Assembly (NCBI GenBank): GCA_964016885.1
Contig: OZ024740.1
Location: 257,610,001 to 257,674,000, forward strand
Direction: 5' to 3'
Source of the DNA: Eledone cirrhosa
Lineage: Eukaryota
Length of the DNA: 64,000 nucleotides
This document shows positions 42,409 through 55,415 of this stretch, piece after piece. The notes beneath the pieces are model-generated. The model worked only from the letters and a program-made list of their open reading frames with translations. It searched no databases and was not told where the DNA came from. Within the stretch, counting starts at the first letter, position 1. Each line of letters opens with the position of its first letter. The translations under genes and the position numbers were made by a program.

Positions 42409-42899
42409 ATACAATAACAGAGATAGTTTAAAGCTAAACTCTGACTGGTAACCATCTCACTCAACGAACATTAGGTTATATTAAAATATAAACCCAATAT
42501 ATATATATGGGGTGGGTGAGCAAAGGCATTGCCATAACCTGCTTTATTATATAAGTGTAAATGAAGATGTATAAGATATGTTTATATATAATAAACTATT
42601 TAATATTTTAAATGTCATCATGTCACATCTACCCCATGAACCGTGTAAGAATGACAGGCATTTCTATATTTCTATCTGTCATCTATGACATTTTCTCTCT
42701 CGGTGATACAACAATAAGCAATGTTTTATATGCTTTTTTAGTGTAGGAAATATTGGCTAGAGACACGTATTTTTATACAGTGTGAACTTGATTGGCGAGT
42801 TCTAATAAGTAGTTGCTAATTATTGTACCACGCTATGTTAGTACTACAAGTTCACACTCTATGCAAATCAGTATCCTAAGTCAGGGTTTCATACGTTAA

Positions 42900-43370
42900 T
42901 GTTGGAGATGTATTGTTGAATGCTTGGATATTATTTTATATTTCTGAAGTAGAAGCTGCAGAAAACCCATGGTTTTATCAAATGCAGTACGCATAAGCAA
43001 CACAGCATTCACACGACAATCTAGCATCATGTGGGCAACCCATTGTAAACACATAAGCAACGAAGACATTCTCACAGCAATCAGGCAACTTGTGGCCAAT
43101 TATGAAGATGTGCTAACCATTGTAAAGACATAAGCAACTAAAGCATTTACATGGCAATCGGACAGCATGTGGGTAACTACAAACACATGCTAATGGACAT
43201 TTTGAAAATGAGTTGGTATGGTAACGTGACATGATCTGACGGATTGGTCAGCTTATCCTCGAAGGAACAGTTTAGGAGAAAAGAAGGTTAGGGGGTCAGA
43301 AGAAAAAAATTGAGAATAACATCATAGAATTGATCGGTAATATAGTGGGAACAAGCCATGTCTTGAATCG
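42900..43370 (+). pseudogene. Decayed 3' end of an RTE-clade LINE
   Basis: Translates as KHISNEDILTAIRQLVANYEDVLTIVK, KMSWYGNVT and LILEGTV*EKRRLGGQKK, resembling the RTE C-terminal W.GHV..ILQG...RRRGR motif. Confidence 0.6.
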
Positions 43371-43949
43371 AATTGGCGCAGGGAGGTTGACTGCTCAAGT
43401 CATTATCAGTGCTACCAGTATTTCAAGTTTTTCTCTCAAAGCAATGAAAGGCAAAGTGAACAGCAGTGATATTTGAAGTCAGAACCCGAATAAATTACAT
43501 AAACCATATTGACCGGGGCTCCTCCAATTCTGAAACTACTGCATTGTCAGATTTGTAAATTTGTCATCAAGTGTTGGATGAGAAGTCTAGCTGAATGTTT
43601 AGGACCTGGGTTCGAATTCTGGATTAGGTTGTGTGTTGTGATTTTGAGCAATAGTTTTTATATTACGTTCCTTCTCATAATGTGTTCCCTATCATAAAAC
43701 ACCCGAGAGTTCTCCATTGACATGGAAGCTCGTAGGATTCCAGTTAAATTTACATTGGTGTGATGCGCAAATTTCATTTTCCAATTTACACCAACTCCTC
43801 TGAGTTATGATTTAGAGAAATTGATTTTTCCTTATATTTCTCCTTATGGTCGTGAATCTAAAATCTTAATTAAAGGGCAAAGCACCTTCACTATAGTAAA
43901 ATATAGTTTCTATTTATGCACATGGTATGCAATTAGGAAGTAGATAGAA

Positions 43950-44090
43950 GTTTATTACATTGACCCTAGTACTTTACTGGTACTTTATTTTATCGACCTC
44001 AGAAAGATGAAATGCAAATTTGACTTCTGTGGGATTTAAATTCAGAATATAAAGATCTGGCAGAAATTCCGCAAAGCTTTATGTCCGGTG
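43950..44090 (-). mobile_element. SINE copy, same family as 12333-12519
   Basis: CTGGTACTTTATTTTATCGACCTCAGAAAGATGAAATGCAAATTTGAC...GGATTTAAATTCAGAA matches the 12375-12445 segment. Confidence 0.7.
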
Positions 44091-45539
44091 TCCTCCTCAT
44101 TGTTTTTGTTGCGTTCTCGAATTTACAAATGTTCACTAGCACTGCAAAACTTGTAACAGAAATATAGTTGAATGGCAAAGTCTGCTCCAGCGAGATTCGA
44201 ACTCAAAATACTGAAGAGCATAGAGTAGATAATACATACCATGTAGTTAGGTGCAGAATTCATTATTCTTGCGGATGTGTTTTCTGTAGATCAATTTTAG
44301 GAAAGAAAAATAAAATAAAATATGTTGGTGACGCCTTGAGTTTCGGAAAGTCTGGACAAGTAATAGCGCACACAGCTTTAGAATTAATCGGAATAATTGC
44401 TTTGAATTAAAATTAATTTGAACCTCTTATGTTAATTCTTTAGCACCAGATGTATCAAGTTATTATGTTCAACAATTTGGCCAACTCACAAGAGAATACC
44501 CACAGAAAAGAACTCGATCTCTGCAATAATTGCTCTTCCTCTCCTTTTCTTCACATTTATGGGATTTATAGTCCTTTCCTATACTTTCCTATACAGCCGG
44601 AATGCTCTTCTTTACCCTTTCCCCCTTTATTTTTCATTACTTAATTTTGTTTTTATCTTTTTTAATATTATCACGATTGTATAAATTCTATTTGTAAAAT
44701 ATAGTTGACATAATAAAACCATAGCTAAACGACAAAAAAAATTACTACTTATATAAAAAGGGACTCGATTAAACCTAACCTCTATACAATTTGCAAAAGA
44801 GTAATTTCACCGTTCAAATTCAAATTGTATTTTATATTAATTTCCTTGTCGATATTTAACGCTCGCCTCACTGATTAATTAACGGTTAAGGTTTAAAGGT
44901 AGAATAGTGGGTGGTTGTGTGAAAATTTGCCACCACATGGGTGGTCTGCACGTGATATGGGAAGTAATTACAAACGAATAAATAGTAGCTGCCCATTTGA
45001 ATTAATATCTTTCTAAAGTAATTTACAGAAACACTTATATTGAATTATAAAACAACTGGTGAATTACTAGCATACATTATATGCTGTTCTTGTAGTTGTT
45101 GTAATTGTTGTTTTCACTTGGTTCAATTTAAAATAATGCTACTATTATATTGCCGTTATGGGATTCTTAATTTTTGCAACTGAACATGCGTGTGCTCTGT
45201 TACAGACGTGATGCAAACATACATACATGCGTACACTCACACATCCAGCATAATATACAGACACATACACAAACACACCTATACATAATTCATTCGTACA
45301 TAAACATTCAGGAGTTTTTTTATTTCCTTATGGGATATATGATGTCCCTTCCCTAGTAGCGGCCTCTGCAACTTTTTTTCGAACTCTAAGTGTCTTTACC
45401 CTATTTAATAAGCTATGTTCAATCAACTTACTCTACTTGCAGTTAATTTCTCCCTTATTTCTCCATACATTTTCCATAAACTTTATTCTCTCAGCACTTC
45501 GTAAATTCGAACTTTTCAACTTCGCATACGATGTCTGTT

Positions 45540-45605
<66 letters not shown>

Positions 45606-45741
45606 AGTGTGTGTGTGAGTGTGCATATATATATATATAAATATACATATATATACATATATATATATATACGTATATATAAATATATATACATATATAT
45701 GTATATACGTATATATATATACGTATATACATAATCACAAC

Positions 45742-47622
45742 AGTACTGCCGATAAAGGCAGTACTGTTGTGATTATGAATACGGACTACTATAGGACCCT
45801 CGCACTTAACATTTTAGAAAACAACACATACTATGAAAAAACAGAAAACTACAAACACACCAAAACAATGGGGAACCTTTTGACCTTACTGAATAAATAC
45901 CGCAACAGCTTAACCACAAAAGAGTTTAACTATATAAGCCACTTCAAATGCAATACAAGCTCTTTTTACGGCTTACCGAAACTTCACAAATGTAAACCCA
46001 TAAACGATGCATGTGACACCTCAACCAACAATTACATTGAACTAACACCACCAGAAGACCTAAAACTCAGGCCAATTATAGCAGGCCCTACATGTGAAAC
46101 CCACAGACTTAGCAACTTTCTGGACATCCTACTGAAACCCTTTCTACAACATATACAGAGCTACATACGAGATGACCTTGACATGCTGAAACACCTCCCT
46201 AAAACAGTAAGTGCAAATACAATTCTTGTCTCCTTTGACGTAATAAACCTCTACACAAACATACCTCACAACTATGGAATAACAGCAGTCCAATACTGGC
46301 TTAACACACACCCATCAGAAATACCGACACGCATCAACACAGATTTTATCACTGACGGACTCCGCTTTATCCTACAAAATAACTACTTCACATTCAATGG
46401 TTCAACATACAGACAAGTATCAGGTACGGCAATGGGCACGAAAGTAGCACCCACATATGCCAACCTAGTCATGGGATTCCATGAACAACAAATATACAGT
46501 CAGTCCCTTCTCTTATTTGGAGACTCTTTCCACACACACCTCAAAGCCAATTGGAAAAGATATCTAGACGACTGCTTTATCCTATGGCAAGAAGACATGA
46601 ACTCACTTACTACGTTTAAAAACATGATAAACAACATAGATAATAACATACAATTCACAATGGAATCCAATCCTAAGGAATTAGCCTTCTTGGATATTCT
46701 CATCTCTGTAATAGACGGGAAATTAGATACAGATATATTCTATAAACCCACAGATTCCAAGCAATACCTCTTTTTCACATCAAGTCACCCAAAACATACA
46801 AAACTTAACATTCCTTACAATTTGGCCAAACGTATATGTACCATAGTATCAGATCCACCTAAACGGGAGCAAAGACTAAAGGAACTAAAAGACACCCTTA
46901 TCTTAAGAGCCTTTCCACTTGAAATAATCAACAATGGAATAGACAGGGCAAAACACCTAAATCCCCATCAACTTAACAATCCAAAACAGAAAACCACACT
47001 CAACACCCTGCCATATGTATCCACTTTCAACCCCAGAAATACCGAAATGTTTGATCACCTACACAAAAACCTCCCCATCCTACTTAAAGATGTAAAAATG
47101 AAGTCTATTCTTGAAACACACAAGATCCTTAAAAGTAAAAGACAACCCAAATCACTTAAACGCATTCTCACTGGACCAAATATACCCAAACCAATCCTCA
47201 ACCCTACAGTTACCAAATGTGGTAGAACAAACTGTGGAACGTGCCTCTACCTCACTGAAGGACAAACATTTACATTCAAAGATGGCCAAACATTTACAGT
47301 AAAAAACAATTTCACCTGCAACTCGGAGAACTTGATTTACGCAATAACTTGCGGTGGGTGCAAACACAACTACATAGGACAGACGGGCACCTCATTACGC
47401 AAAAGAATGACCATCCACCGCCAACAAATCCGGGACGCTAACACAAGAAAAATCCCCTTGAGCAGCCATATTGCGAACTGCGCAGGAATGACACTACCCA
47501 ACTTTAAAATCTTCTCCTTCTACAAGTGCTCAGATTCGTTCACACAACAACAAAGAATAAACAAAGAAAATCTATTCCTTAACAAATTTAAACCAAAACT
47601 AAACGGGTTATCACCCCAATAG
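45742..47622 (+). CDS. Penelope-like element ORF (reverse transcriptase and GIY-YIG endonuclease), 5'-truncated, uninterrupted
   Basis: ADKGSTVVIM, FYGLPKLHK, LRPIIAG, SFDVINLYTNI, GTAMGT, RYLDDCF, FLD; Cys linker CGRTNCGTC; NLIYAITCGGCKHNYIGQTG..RKRM..H. The first ~40 codons of the called ORF are microsatellite, not coding. Confidence 0.93.
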   Translation, partial: STADKGSTVVIMNTDYYRTLALNILENNTYYEKTENYKHTKTMGNLLTLLNKYRNSLTTKEFNYISHFKCNTSSFYGLPKLHKCKPINDACDTSTNNYIELTPPEDLKLRPIIAGPTCETHRLSNFLDILLKPFLQHIQSYIRDDLDMLKHLPKTVSANTILVSFDVINLYTNIPHNYGITAVQYWLNTHPSEIPTRINTDFITDGLRFILQNNYFTFNGSTYRQVSGTAMGTKVAPTYANLVMGFHEQQIYSQSLLLFGDSFHTHLKANWKRYLDDCFILWQEDMNSLTTFKNMINNIDNNIQFTMESNPKELAFLDILISVIDGKLDTDIFYKPTDSKQYLFFTSSHPKHTKLNIPYNLAKRICTIVSDPPKREQRLKELKDTLILRAFPLEIINNGIDRAKHLNPHQLNNPKQKTTLNTLPYVSTFNPRNTEMFDHLHKNLPILLKDVKMKSILETHKILKSKRQPKSLKRILTGPNIPKPILNPTVTKCGRTNCGTCLYLTEGQTFTFKDGQTFTVKNNFTCNSENLIYAITCGGCKHNYIGQTGTSLRKRMTIHRQQIRDANTRKIPLSSHIANCAGMTLPNFKIFSFYKCSDSFTQQQRINKENLFLNKFKPKLNGLSPQ

Positions 47623-48025
47623 AATTGTCATAAAATATAAACACACATACGCACGGAATCACTACTATTAAAGACCAGAGACCAATTCTGTAGAATCAGG
47701 TTTATTCATTGACAGACCATGCCTTTGTGTGACCAACACATCCATGTTAAACCCTGCACGTGCACACACATATATCTATATATATATGCGCACACAGAAT
47801 TCACCACTGTCGGTTGCGGGGCCCAATCTACATGAAGAACTCAATGTGATCAGAATGACTTGTATTTTAATTTCACTGCCCCAACTTCTTATATTATGGA
47901 AAAAATATATGTGTCTGTATGTATATATATATATATATATTTGAAGGCCATTTCTCTGTGTGTGGGTGTATGTATGTGTGTGTGTGTGTGTGTGAGTATG
48001 TGTGTGCATGTGGATGTATGTATTG

Positions 48026-48064
<39 letters not shown>

Positions 48065-48228
48065 GGGTATCTGGATGTATGCGTATGTGTATATATATAT
48101 ATATATGCGTGTGTGTGTGTGTGTGTGTATATATATGTGTGTGTATGTGTGTATATATATGTGTGTGTGTGTGTGTATGTTTGTATGTGTGTATGTATAT
48201 ATATATGTGTGTGTGTATGTATGTGTGG

Positions 48229-48273
<45 letters not shown>

Positions 48274-48345
48274 AGTGTGTATATATATGTGTGTGTGTGT
48301 GTGTGTATGTATGTGTGTATCTGGATGTATGTGTATGTATATATA

Positions 48346-48400
<55 letters not shown>

Positions 48401-48465
48401 ATGTGTATATATATGTGTGTGTGTGTGTATGTGTGTATGTATATGTGTGTGTGTATGTATGTGTG

Positions 48466-48508
<43 letters not shown>

Positions 48509-48856
48509 GTATATGTATGTATGTGTGGATGAAGGTATGTGTGTATATATAGGTGTAAGTGCACTAAATCCTTTTCTATCACGCTCCACTCTCCTACCCA
48601 TCACAGGAAGATATGTGTGTGTATATTGCTTCCACCCCCTCACTGACCAGCAGCTGGCGATTGCTAAATCTGACCTTTATAAAATAACCCACACCCCAAA
48701 TAACTTCTCATTCACTACCAGAAAGGGACACAGCAGTCAACCTGTTGTTGCTACCTAGATGAAAACTGCTATGAAATCCCACAATGAATTTTATACTTGA
48801 ATTTTCAAGTCTCAAATTTTAACTCTTCGTATTATTAATTTTTCTTAATATTAATC

Positions 48857-48905
48857 AACATTTGAAAAGATGGCTTTTGCAGACCCATCGAAACCGGTCA
48901 TTTTT
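48857..48905 (+). ncRNA. Decayed hammerhead downstream of the Penelope-like ORF
   Basis: TTGAAAA (two transitions from CTGAAGA)-GATGG...CCATC-GAAA-CCGG-TC; stem II and palindromic stem III intact. Confidence 0.5.
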
Positions 48906-49040
48906 TATACCCTTTATTATTTCCTTACCTTATAAAATTATGTTTTTTCACAAAAAAGTATTCTGTCTCTTATATATTCCATGTGCCATTACCAACCTCA
49001 ATTTTCTCTATAACCTTCGTTTTGTGTAGAAAATTACACT

Positions 49041-49071
<31 letters not shown>

Positions 49072-49134
49072 CGTATATACATATATATATATATGTATAC
49101 ATATATATATACATATATATATATACGTATATAC

Positions 49135-49215
<81 letters not shown>

Positions 49216-49278
49216 CATGTATATATACATATATATATATATACTTATATATACATATATATATACATATATATATAC

Positions 49279-49941
49279 AAAAACAAATAACGAAACGAAA
49301 TTAAATTTCGTTTCGCTTCTAACTCACTTTTGTATGACTGACGCTTAAACAATTAAGTTAAAGTGTACATCTACATATGTATACGGAAGTATTAGTATGC
49401 ATATAAATACACACATGTATACATATGTACATGTACTCAGCTTTTCACTAGACACTTTACAGTGAGTGTCAGCTAGTCTGTATGTAACCACACAGACGGA
49501 CCGGGTTTTAGAGTCATACGAGTTTTCAAGGAAACACATTTCCTCTATTCTCCAGAGGGCCAGACAGGAATATTGGACTAGTTTCGATGTTATTACATCT
49601 CATCAGCAATATTTACCCATCTTCCGGCTTCTCTGGAGAATTGTAAAAGCACATATCGTTATATGCTTTTTCTATGAAAATTAGTAGTGGGTAGACTAAT
49701 TTGCATAGAACGTGAGTCATTGTACGCACCGGTTCAGCGGAAACGATAAAAACAAATAACGAAACGAAATTAAATTTCGTTTCGCTTCTAACTCACTTTT
49801 GTATGACTGACGCTTAAACAATTAAGTTAAAGTGTACATCTACATATGTATACGGAAGTATTAGTATGCATATAAATACACACATGTATACATATGTACA
49901 TGTACTCAGCTTTTCACTAGACACTTTACAGTGAGTGTCAG
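49279..49941 (-). mobile_element. Retrozyme-like partial tandem (469-bp monomer, 1.4 copies)
   Basis: 49279-49472 appears identical to 49748-49941; a hammerhead lies in the unique part; flanked by (TA)-rich tracts. Confidence 0.75.
49569..49613 (-). ncRNA. Canonical minimal type I hammerhead ribozyme
   Basis: Reverse complement AATATTG-CTGATGA-GATGT-AATA-ACATC-GAAA-CTAG-TC-CAATATT: perfect 7-bp stem I, 5-bp stem II, palindromic ACTAGT stem III, GUC site. Confidence 0.92.
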
Positions 49942-50278
49942 TCCGTCTGTGTGATTACAAATAGGAGTGAAAGCGGCTGGTGCGTGTGTTTCTTATTGGC
50001 AACATGACCCTCCCAAAGCATAACAATATCGGTTTCAACACACGTTTTCAGATAAAGAATCTTGCTAAACCAATTCAGAAACGAAATATATATATATACA
50101 TATATGTATATACATATATATATATATACACATATATATATACACATATATATATATATATACACGTATATATATGCATATATATATATACATATATATA
50201 TATATGTATAAATATATATATATACACATATATAAACTTTTACATATATATTTATATATATCCATATATATATATACG

Positions 50279-50326
<48 letters not shown>

Positions 50327-50353
50327 CATATATATATATACATATATATATAC

Positions 50354-50471
50354 ATATTAAGATAAGCAAAACAAGCAAAATTTAACCAATTTTTTAAAAT
50401 ATATTAAAAAATATAATTTAAATATTGACCTATTCAAGTGGCTCTTACCGATCGGTTTCCCTTTGCAAAAC

Positions 50472-50526
<55 letters not shown>

Positions 50527-50920
50527 ATTTCTCTACGGACTAGTTCCTGTACGGGTCATTTTTCGACCTCACTCGATCTGTGCTAGCTGGCAGATGACGA
50601 TATATTTTGCCGTTCCTGGGACTTTACCCTAGGAAAGGAAAATGCTTCTCTGCTGAACTTTGCTTTTCCATTAGAAATCCAATGGATTTCTAGTGTTTTA
50701 CAAAGGGAAACCGATCGGTAAGGGCCACTTGAATAGGTAAATATTTAAATTATATTTTTTAATTTAATTTAAAAAAATTGGTTAAATTTTGCTTGTTCTG
50801 CTTATCTTAATATTATAGTTCTGGTATGTCAAATTAATACCATTGAACAACCCTGAATCATAGACAACCTATATATTTCTAGGGCTACTTAGTACCCGTG
50901 GGCATATTAACTTCTTTTAT
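50354..50920 (+). mobile_element. Hammerhead element with ~120-bp inverted arms and ~105-bp tail
   Basis: 50354-50474 mirrors 50692-50813. Core and tail (TATAGTTCTGGTAT...CTTAGTAC) are homologous to 55416-55850. Confidence 0.75.
50644..50725 (+). ncRNA. Hammerhead variant with extended stem II (core CTGCTGA)
   Basis: CTGCTGA-A-CTTTG...[TAGAAATCC-AAT-GGATTTCTA]...CAAAG-G-GAAA-CCGATCGG-TA-AGGGC; homologous to the canonical copy at 55503. Confidence 0.65.
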
Positions 50921-51237
50921 ATATACACATATGTATATATATATATACATATGTATATATATACATATATATATATATATACATATTTATATATACGTAT
51001 ACATATATATATATACATACATATATATATATACATACATATATATATATATATACATACATATATACATATATATTTACATATATATATATATATACAT
51101 ATACATACATATATACATATATATATATACATATATATATATACATATATATGAATTATATATATATATATATTATATATATATATCTGAAATATATATA
51201 TATATATTTATAAATTATATATATATTAAAATACTTA

Positions 51238-51283
<46 letters not shown>

Positions 51284-51516
51284 TATACATATATATTCAT
51301 AATTATATATATACACATATATACATATATATACATATATATATATATGAATTATATGTATATATTTATAGATTATATATATAGAAATTATATATATATT
51401 AATATACATATATATGTATATATATATGTACATATATGCATATATACATATATATATACATATATATATATATAAATATATATATACATATATATATATA
51501 TTTATAATATATATAT

Positions 51517-51582
<66 letters not shown>

Positions 51583-51689
51583 ATCATATACATACACACA
51601 TCTATTCATATACATATATATATATCATATACATACACACATCTATTCATATACATATGTACGTATAGGTTATATCGAATATTAATTAT

Positions 51690-53100
51690 AATATTCGATT
51701 TATTTGTAAACAAAGGGCCCGATTAAAGCTGTGCCGTGCTGAAGACACAACGGCGACAGTGGTGGTTTAAACAAAAATCCGCCACCCGACCATTCAGGCA
51801 AAGTTTCCTCTTGGCCTACTTCCGTGTTGGAGTGGCTATCCTGACCGTCACCTTGTCACTATTCCTATCCACATGAGGTCTGGTGCGAATTAAACCTCGA
51901 GCAAATTTACGGTCTGTCCGTCCAGCGCCCAACGACGCTGCTGGACGGCATAGTTTTGTCTCCCCAGGTGACCAGTTGCAAGCCCACCGACTTTTCCGGG
52001 TTTAGTTTCGCTCCTGTCAACTTTTTATATTCTTCCAATAAGTTGCCGATCACCTCGATTTGCGAGGTGTCCGACACCATCACACTGCCTTTCCGGGTCC
52101 TGGTTCGAGCAGGATGCCATGCAACAGTTCCAGCTTCCGCAGTAAAGGCTCAATAGTCAAAATGTAAAGAAGGAAGGAGAGAGGGCACCCTTGACGGACC
52201 TATCGGGAGATCTGAATCGGTTCCGACCACCGAGCACATGCCGCAGGGCATTGCAGCAATCCAGCTTCTGAAGACGGAGCCGAAGCCAAGCTGCCTTGAG
52301 GACAGCGTCCAGGTACCGATGGTCGACGCTATCCAATGCTTTCGATTGATCTAAAGTGATCAGAGCCCGACCAAGTCCAGGTTTTACACCCTCTCTATGA
52401 TGTATCGCATGAGGTGGAGTTGTCGTGTATGGACTTGGTCGGGATGCGCAAGTTTGCGCCTCCCAAACCAAATCTTCGATGACAAGCGCCAACCTCTTCG
52501 CTAACACCTTGTCCAAAATCTTAAACTCTGTTTGAACAGAGTTATGGGCCTGAAGTTATCTAATATGTCTCTCTTGGTCTCGACTTTCCTTATCAGCGTC
52601 ACTACACCCCGGCCCACAGAACTGGAAATACTCCCGTTCTGCTGCCAGTTGCAGTAGAGCGCTCCGAGGAGATCGAAGTCTGGCATATTTACGTAAATCT
52701 CGTAGGGCAGACCATCCAAATCAGGTGACATGCGCCTAATGGAGCCGAGAAGGACATCCTGAATTTTGGCTGAAGATACCTGCCATTCGCAGCGCTCAAC
52801 ATCGGCTATCGAGACGCGCGTCAGGCCGTCAAATTAGTGACTGAAATCCACTACTGACCCGCCACTTACCCCGACCAACCCAGCAGCAAAGTGCTGCTGA
52901 AAGGCCTCACACATCCGCTTGATATCACTCAGCTCTTGTCCGTCTCGTTCCTTCAAAGACCGAATTGTAGTTTTATTACCACGCTGCGCCTCCGCCACGC
53001 GGGCCCACCGAACAGCTCTGGTTCCCTCGTTTCTCAGAGCACGTGCCTTAGCTCTGACAATGCAACCGTCGTGTTTTGCATTGAAGAAATGGTCAACCAT
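51690..53100 (-). pseudogene. Decayed, truncated, internally deleted relative of the Tx1 element at 3461-9501
   Basis: FFNAKHDGCIVRAKARALRNEGTRAVRWARVAEAQRGNK, SPDLDGLPYEIYVNMPD, NFRPITL and LDQSKALDSVDHRYL all align with ORF2; minus-strand AATAAA at 51699-51704. Confidence 0.88.
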
Positions 53101-53157
53101 GACATTCCTGGACCCCCCCCCCCCCATCCCACACACACTTCAGCTCACACACACACA

Positions 53158-53224
<67 letters not shown>

Positions 53225-53227
53225 CTA

Positions 53228-53266
<39 letters not shown>

Positions 53267-53335
53267 TCTTTAGAAATATGAAATGTCTCTCCATATTTGT
53301 ATAAAGCTATGCTTGAAGCGAAATCCTATTTCCTT

Positions 53336-53479
<144 letters not shown>

Positions 53480-53880
53480 AGTAGTTCCATTGTTCTCGGC
53501 AATGAGTTAACTGTTGTGGAACTACTTCTACCAAAATTGTCCCATGGACTGAGTGATTGACTACTGCGGATATAACCCACTAGTTACTATTAACATAGTG
53601 GATTATATATGCAGTAGAAAAATCGACCCGAGTACATTTCTTGTATTTTATTTTCACAATATACGAACACACGCGCAGAGACGTTCACCACACACACACA
53701 CAAGCACACGCAAAAAGACGTTCAGTCACACTCGCCAATCCCAAGTATCGGGTACTCTGCTGAATGGTGGTCTTAATACTCATACTAGTTAAATCCTGAT
53801 ACATACAAACATACATAGATATATATTAATATATATATAGATTTGCGAGGTTTTTGATATGAAATCGCGTGTCGAAACAA

Positions 53881-54012
53881 ATATTGTTATACATGGTGAG
53901 GGTCATATTTGTGCAATATTGCCAGAATTAATAACAGAACACACTCACTGGTGTTCTGTTATTAATTCTGGTAATATTACACAAATATGACCCTCCCCAT
54001 GTATAACAATAT
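53881..54012. repeat. Palindrome with 62-bp arms and 8-nt loop
   Basis: 53881-53942 versus 53951-54012, about 4 mismatches; ends in (TA)n. Confidence 0.9.
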
Positions 54013-54049
54013 ATATATATATATATATAAGTTGTAATATAATGAAACG

Positions 54050-54142
54050 AAATTTCATTTCTTACTCTTAGTACGGCACTTACTTAAATGTAAGTATGTA
54101 TGTATACGTACATACATATATGTATACAGACGTAGAGTAGCA

Positions 54143-54182
<40 letters not shown>

Positions 54183-54509
54183 TACAGGTACACATATCTA
54201 TATGTACGTATCAGTTTAGCGAACGTTTATTATAACGCCCGCTTTGTTCGTTTGTAAACAAGCGAACAGCCTGATTTATGCCATACGGTGTAAAGGCAAC
54301 CACGTCACCTTTTTGTTCAACACTGACACAGGAACGATGTACTAGTTTCAAGCTTGTTAGCTATCATCAGCACCGTATACCCTTCTGCCAGATAGTTGAA
54401 CGTTCGAAAGTATATACTTTCCTTATGAAAATTAACGGCTGAGCAGCCTAATTTGCATATCGAGTGAGTTCGCTAAACTGATACGTACATATATATATGT
54501 GTACCTGCA

Positions 54510-54570
<61 letters not shown>

Positions 54571-54656
54571 ATATATATATATATGTGTACCTGTATGCAT
54601 ATATATATATATATGCATGCTACTGTACGTCTGTATACATACATACTTACATTTAT
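54050..54656 (-). mobile_element. Hammerhead element with inverted arms and left tail (copy 1)
   Basis: Arms ~54086-54227 and ~54468-54656; tail GAAATTTCATTTC..CTTAGTACGG; hammerhead in the core. Confidence 0.7.
54334..54376 (-). ncRNA. Canonical minimal type I hammerhead ribozyme
   Basis: Reverse complement ACGGTG-CTGATGA-TAGCT-AACA-AGCTT-GAAA-CTAG-TA-CATCGT; 6-bp stem I (one G-U), 4-bp stem II, ACTAGT stem III. Confidence 0.85.
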
Positions 54657-54675
54657 ATATATATATATATATATA

Positions 54676-54749
<74 letters not shown>

Positions 54750-54852
54750 TATATATATATATATATATATTAATATACATATATCTATATCTATATATAT
54801 ATATAAATATATATATATTAATATATATATATATATATATATTGGAAAAAAG

Positions 54853-55345
54853 GAAATTTCATTTCTCACTCTTAGTACGGCTGATACTTAAATGTAAGTA
54901 TGTATACGTACATACATATATGTATACAGACGTACAGTAGTATGTATATACATACATACATGCACACATATATATACGTACGTACGTTTTCGGTACGCCC
55001 GGCCGACTAACTCACTCGATATGCAAATTAGGCTGCTCAGCCGTTAATATGCATAAGGAAAGTATATACTTTCAAACGTTCAATCAACTAACAGGAAGGT
55101 ATACGGGCCTGATGACAGCTAATAAGATAGAAACTAGTTCATCGTACCTTTGTAAGTGTTGAACAAAAGGGCAACGATGGTTGCTGGGCACTGTACGGCT
55201 AATAATTTACAAATAAACCGAGCATCACAATAAATGTTCGGTAAACCCATACGTACGTATATATGTGTACATGTATGTATGTATATACATACTACTGTAC
55301 GTCTGTATATATATATGTATGTACGTATACATACTTACATTTATA
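54853..55345 (+). mobile_element. Hammerhead element copy 2: same tail and arms, core inverted relative to copy 1
   Basis: 54853-54950 repeats 54050-54150 directly; core 55005-55245 is the reverse complement of 54220-54472; degenerate hammerhead with CTGATGA at 55109-55115 and GAAACTAGT at 55130-55138. Confidence 0.7.
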
Positions 55346-55353
55346 TATATATA

Positions 55354-55403
<50 letters not shown>

Positions 55404-55415
55404 TATATATATATA

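Noticed and set aside
47729-51668. Numerous YI/CV/HT-repeat ORFs here and elsewhere in the window
   Set aside because: They are translations of (TA)n, (TG)n and (CA)n microsatellites.
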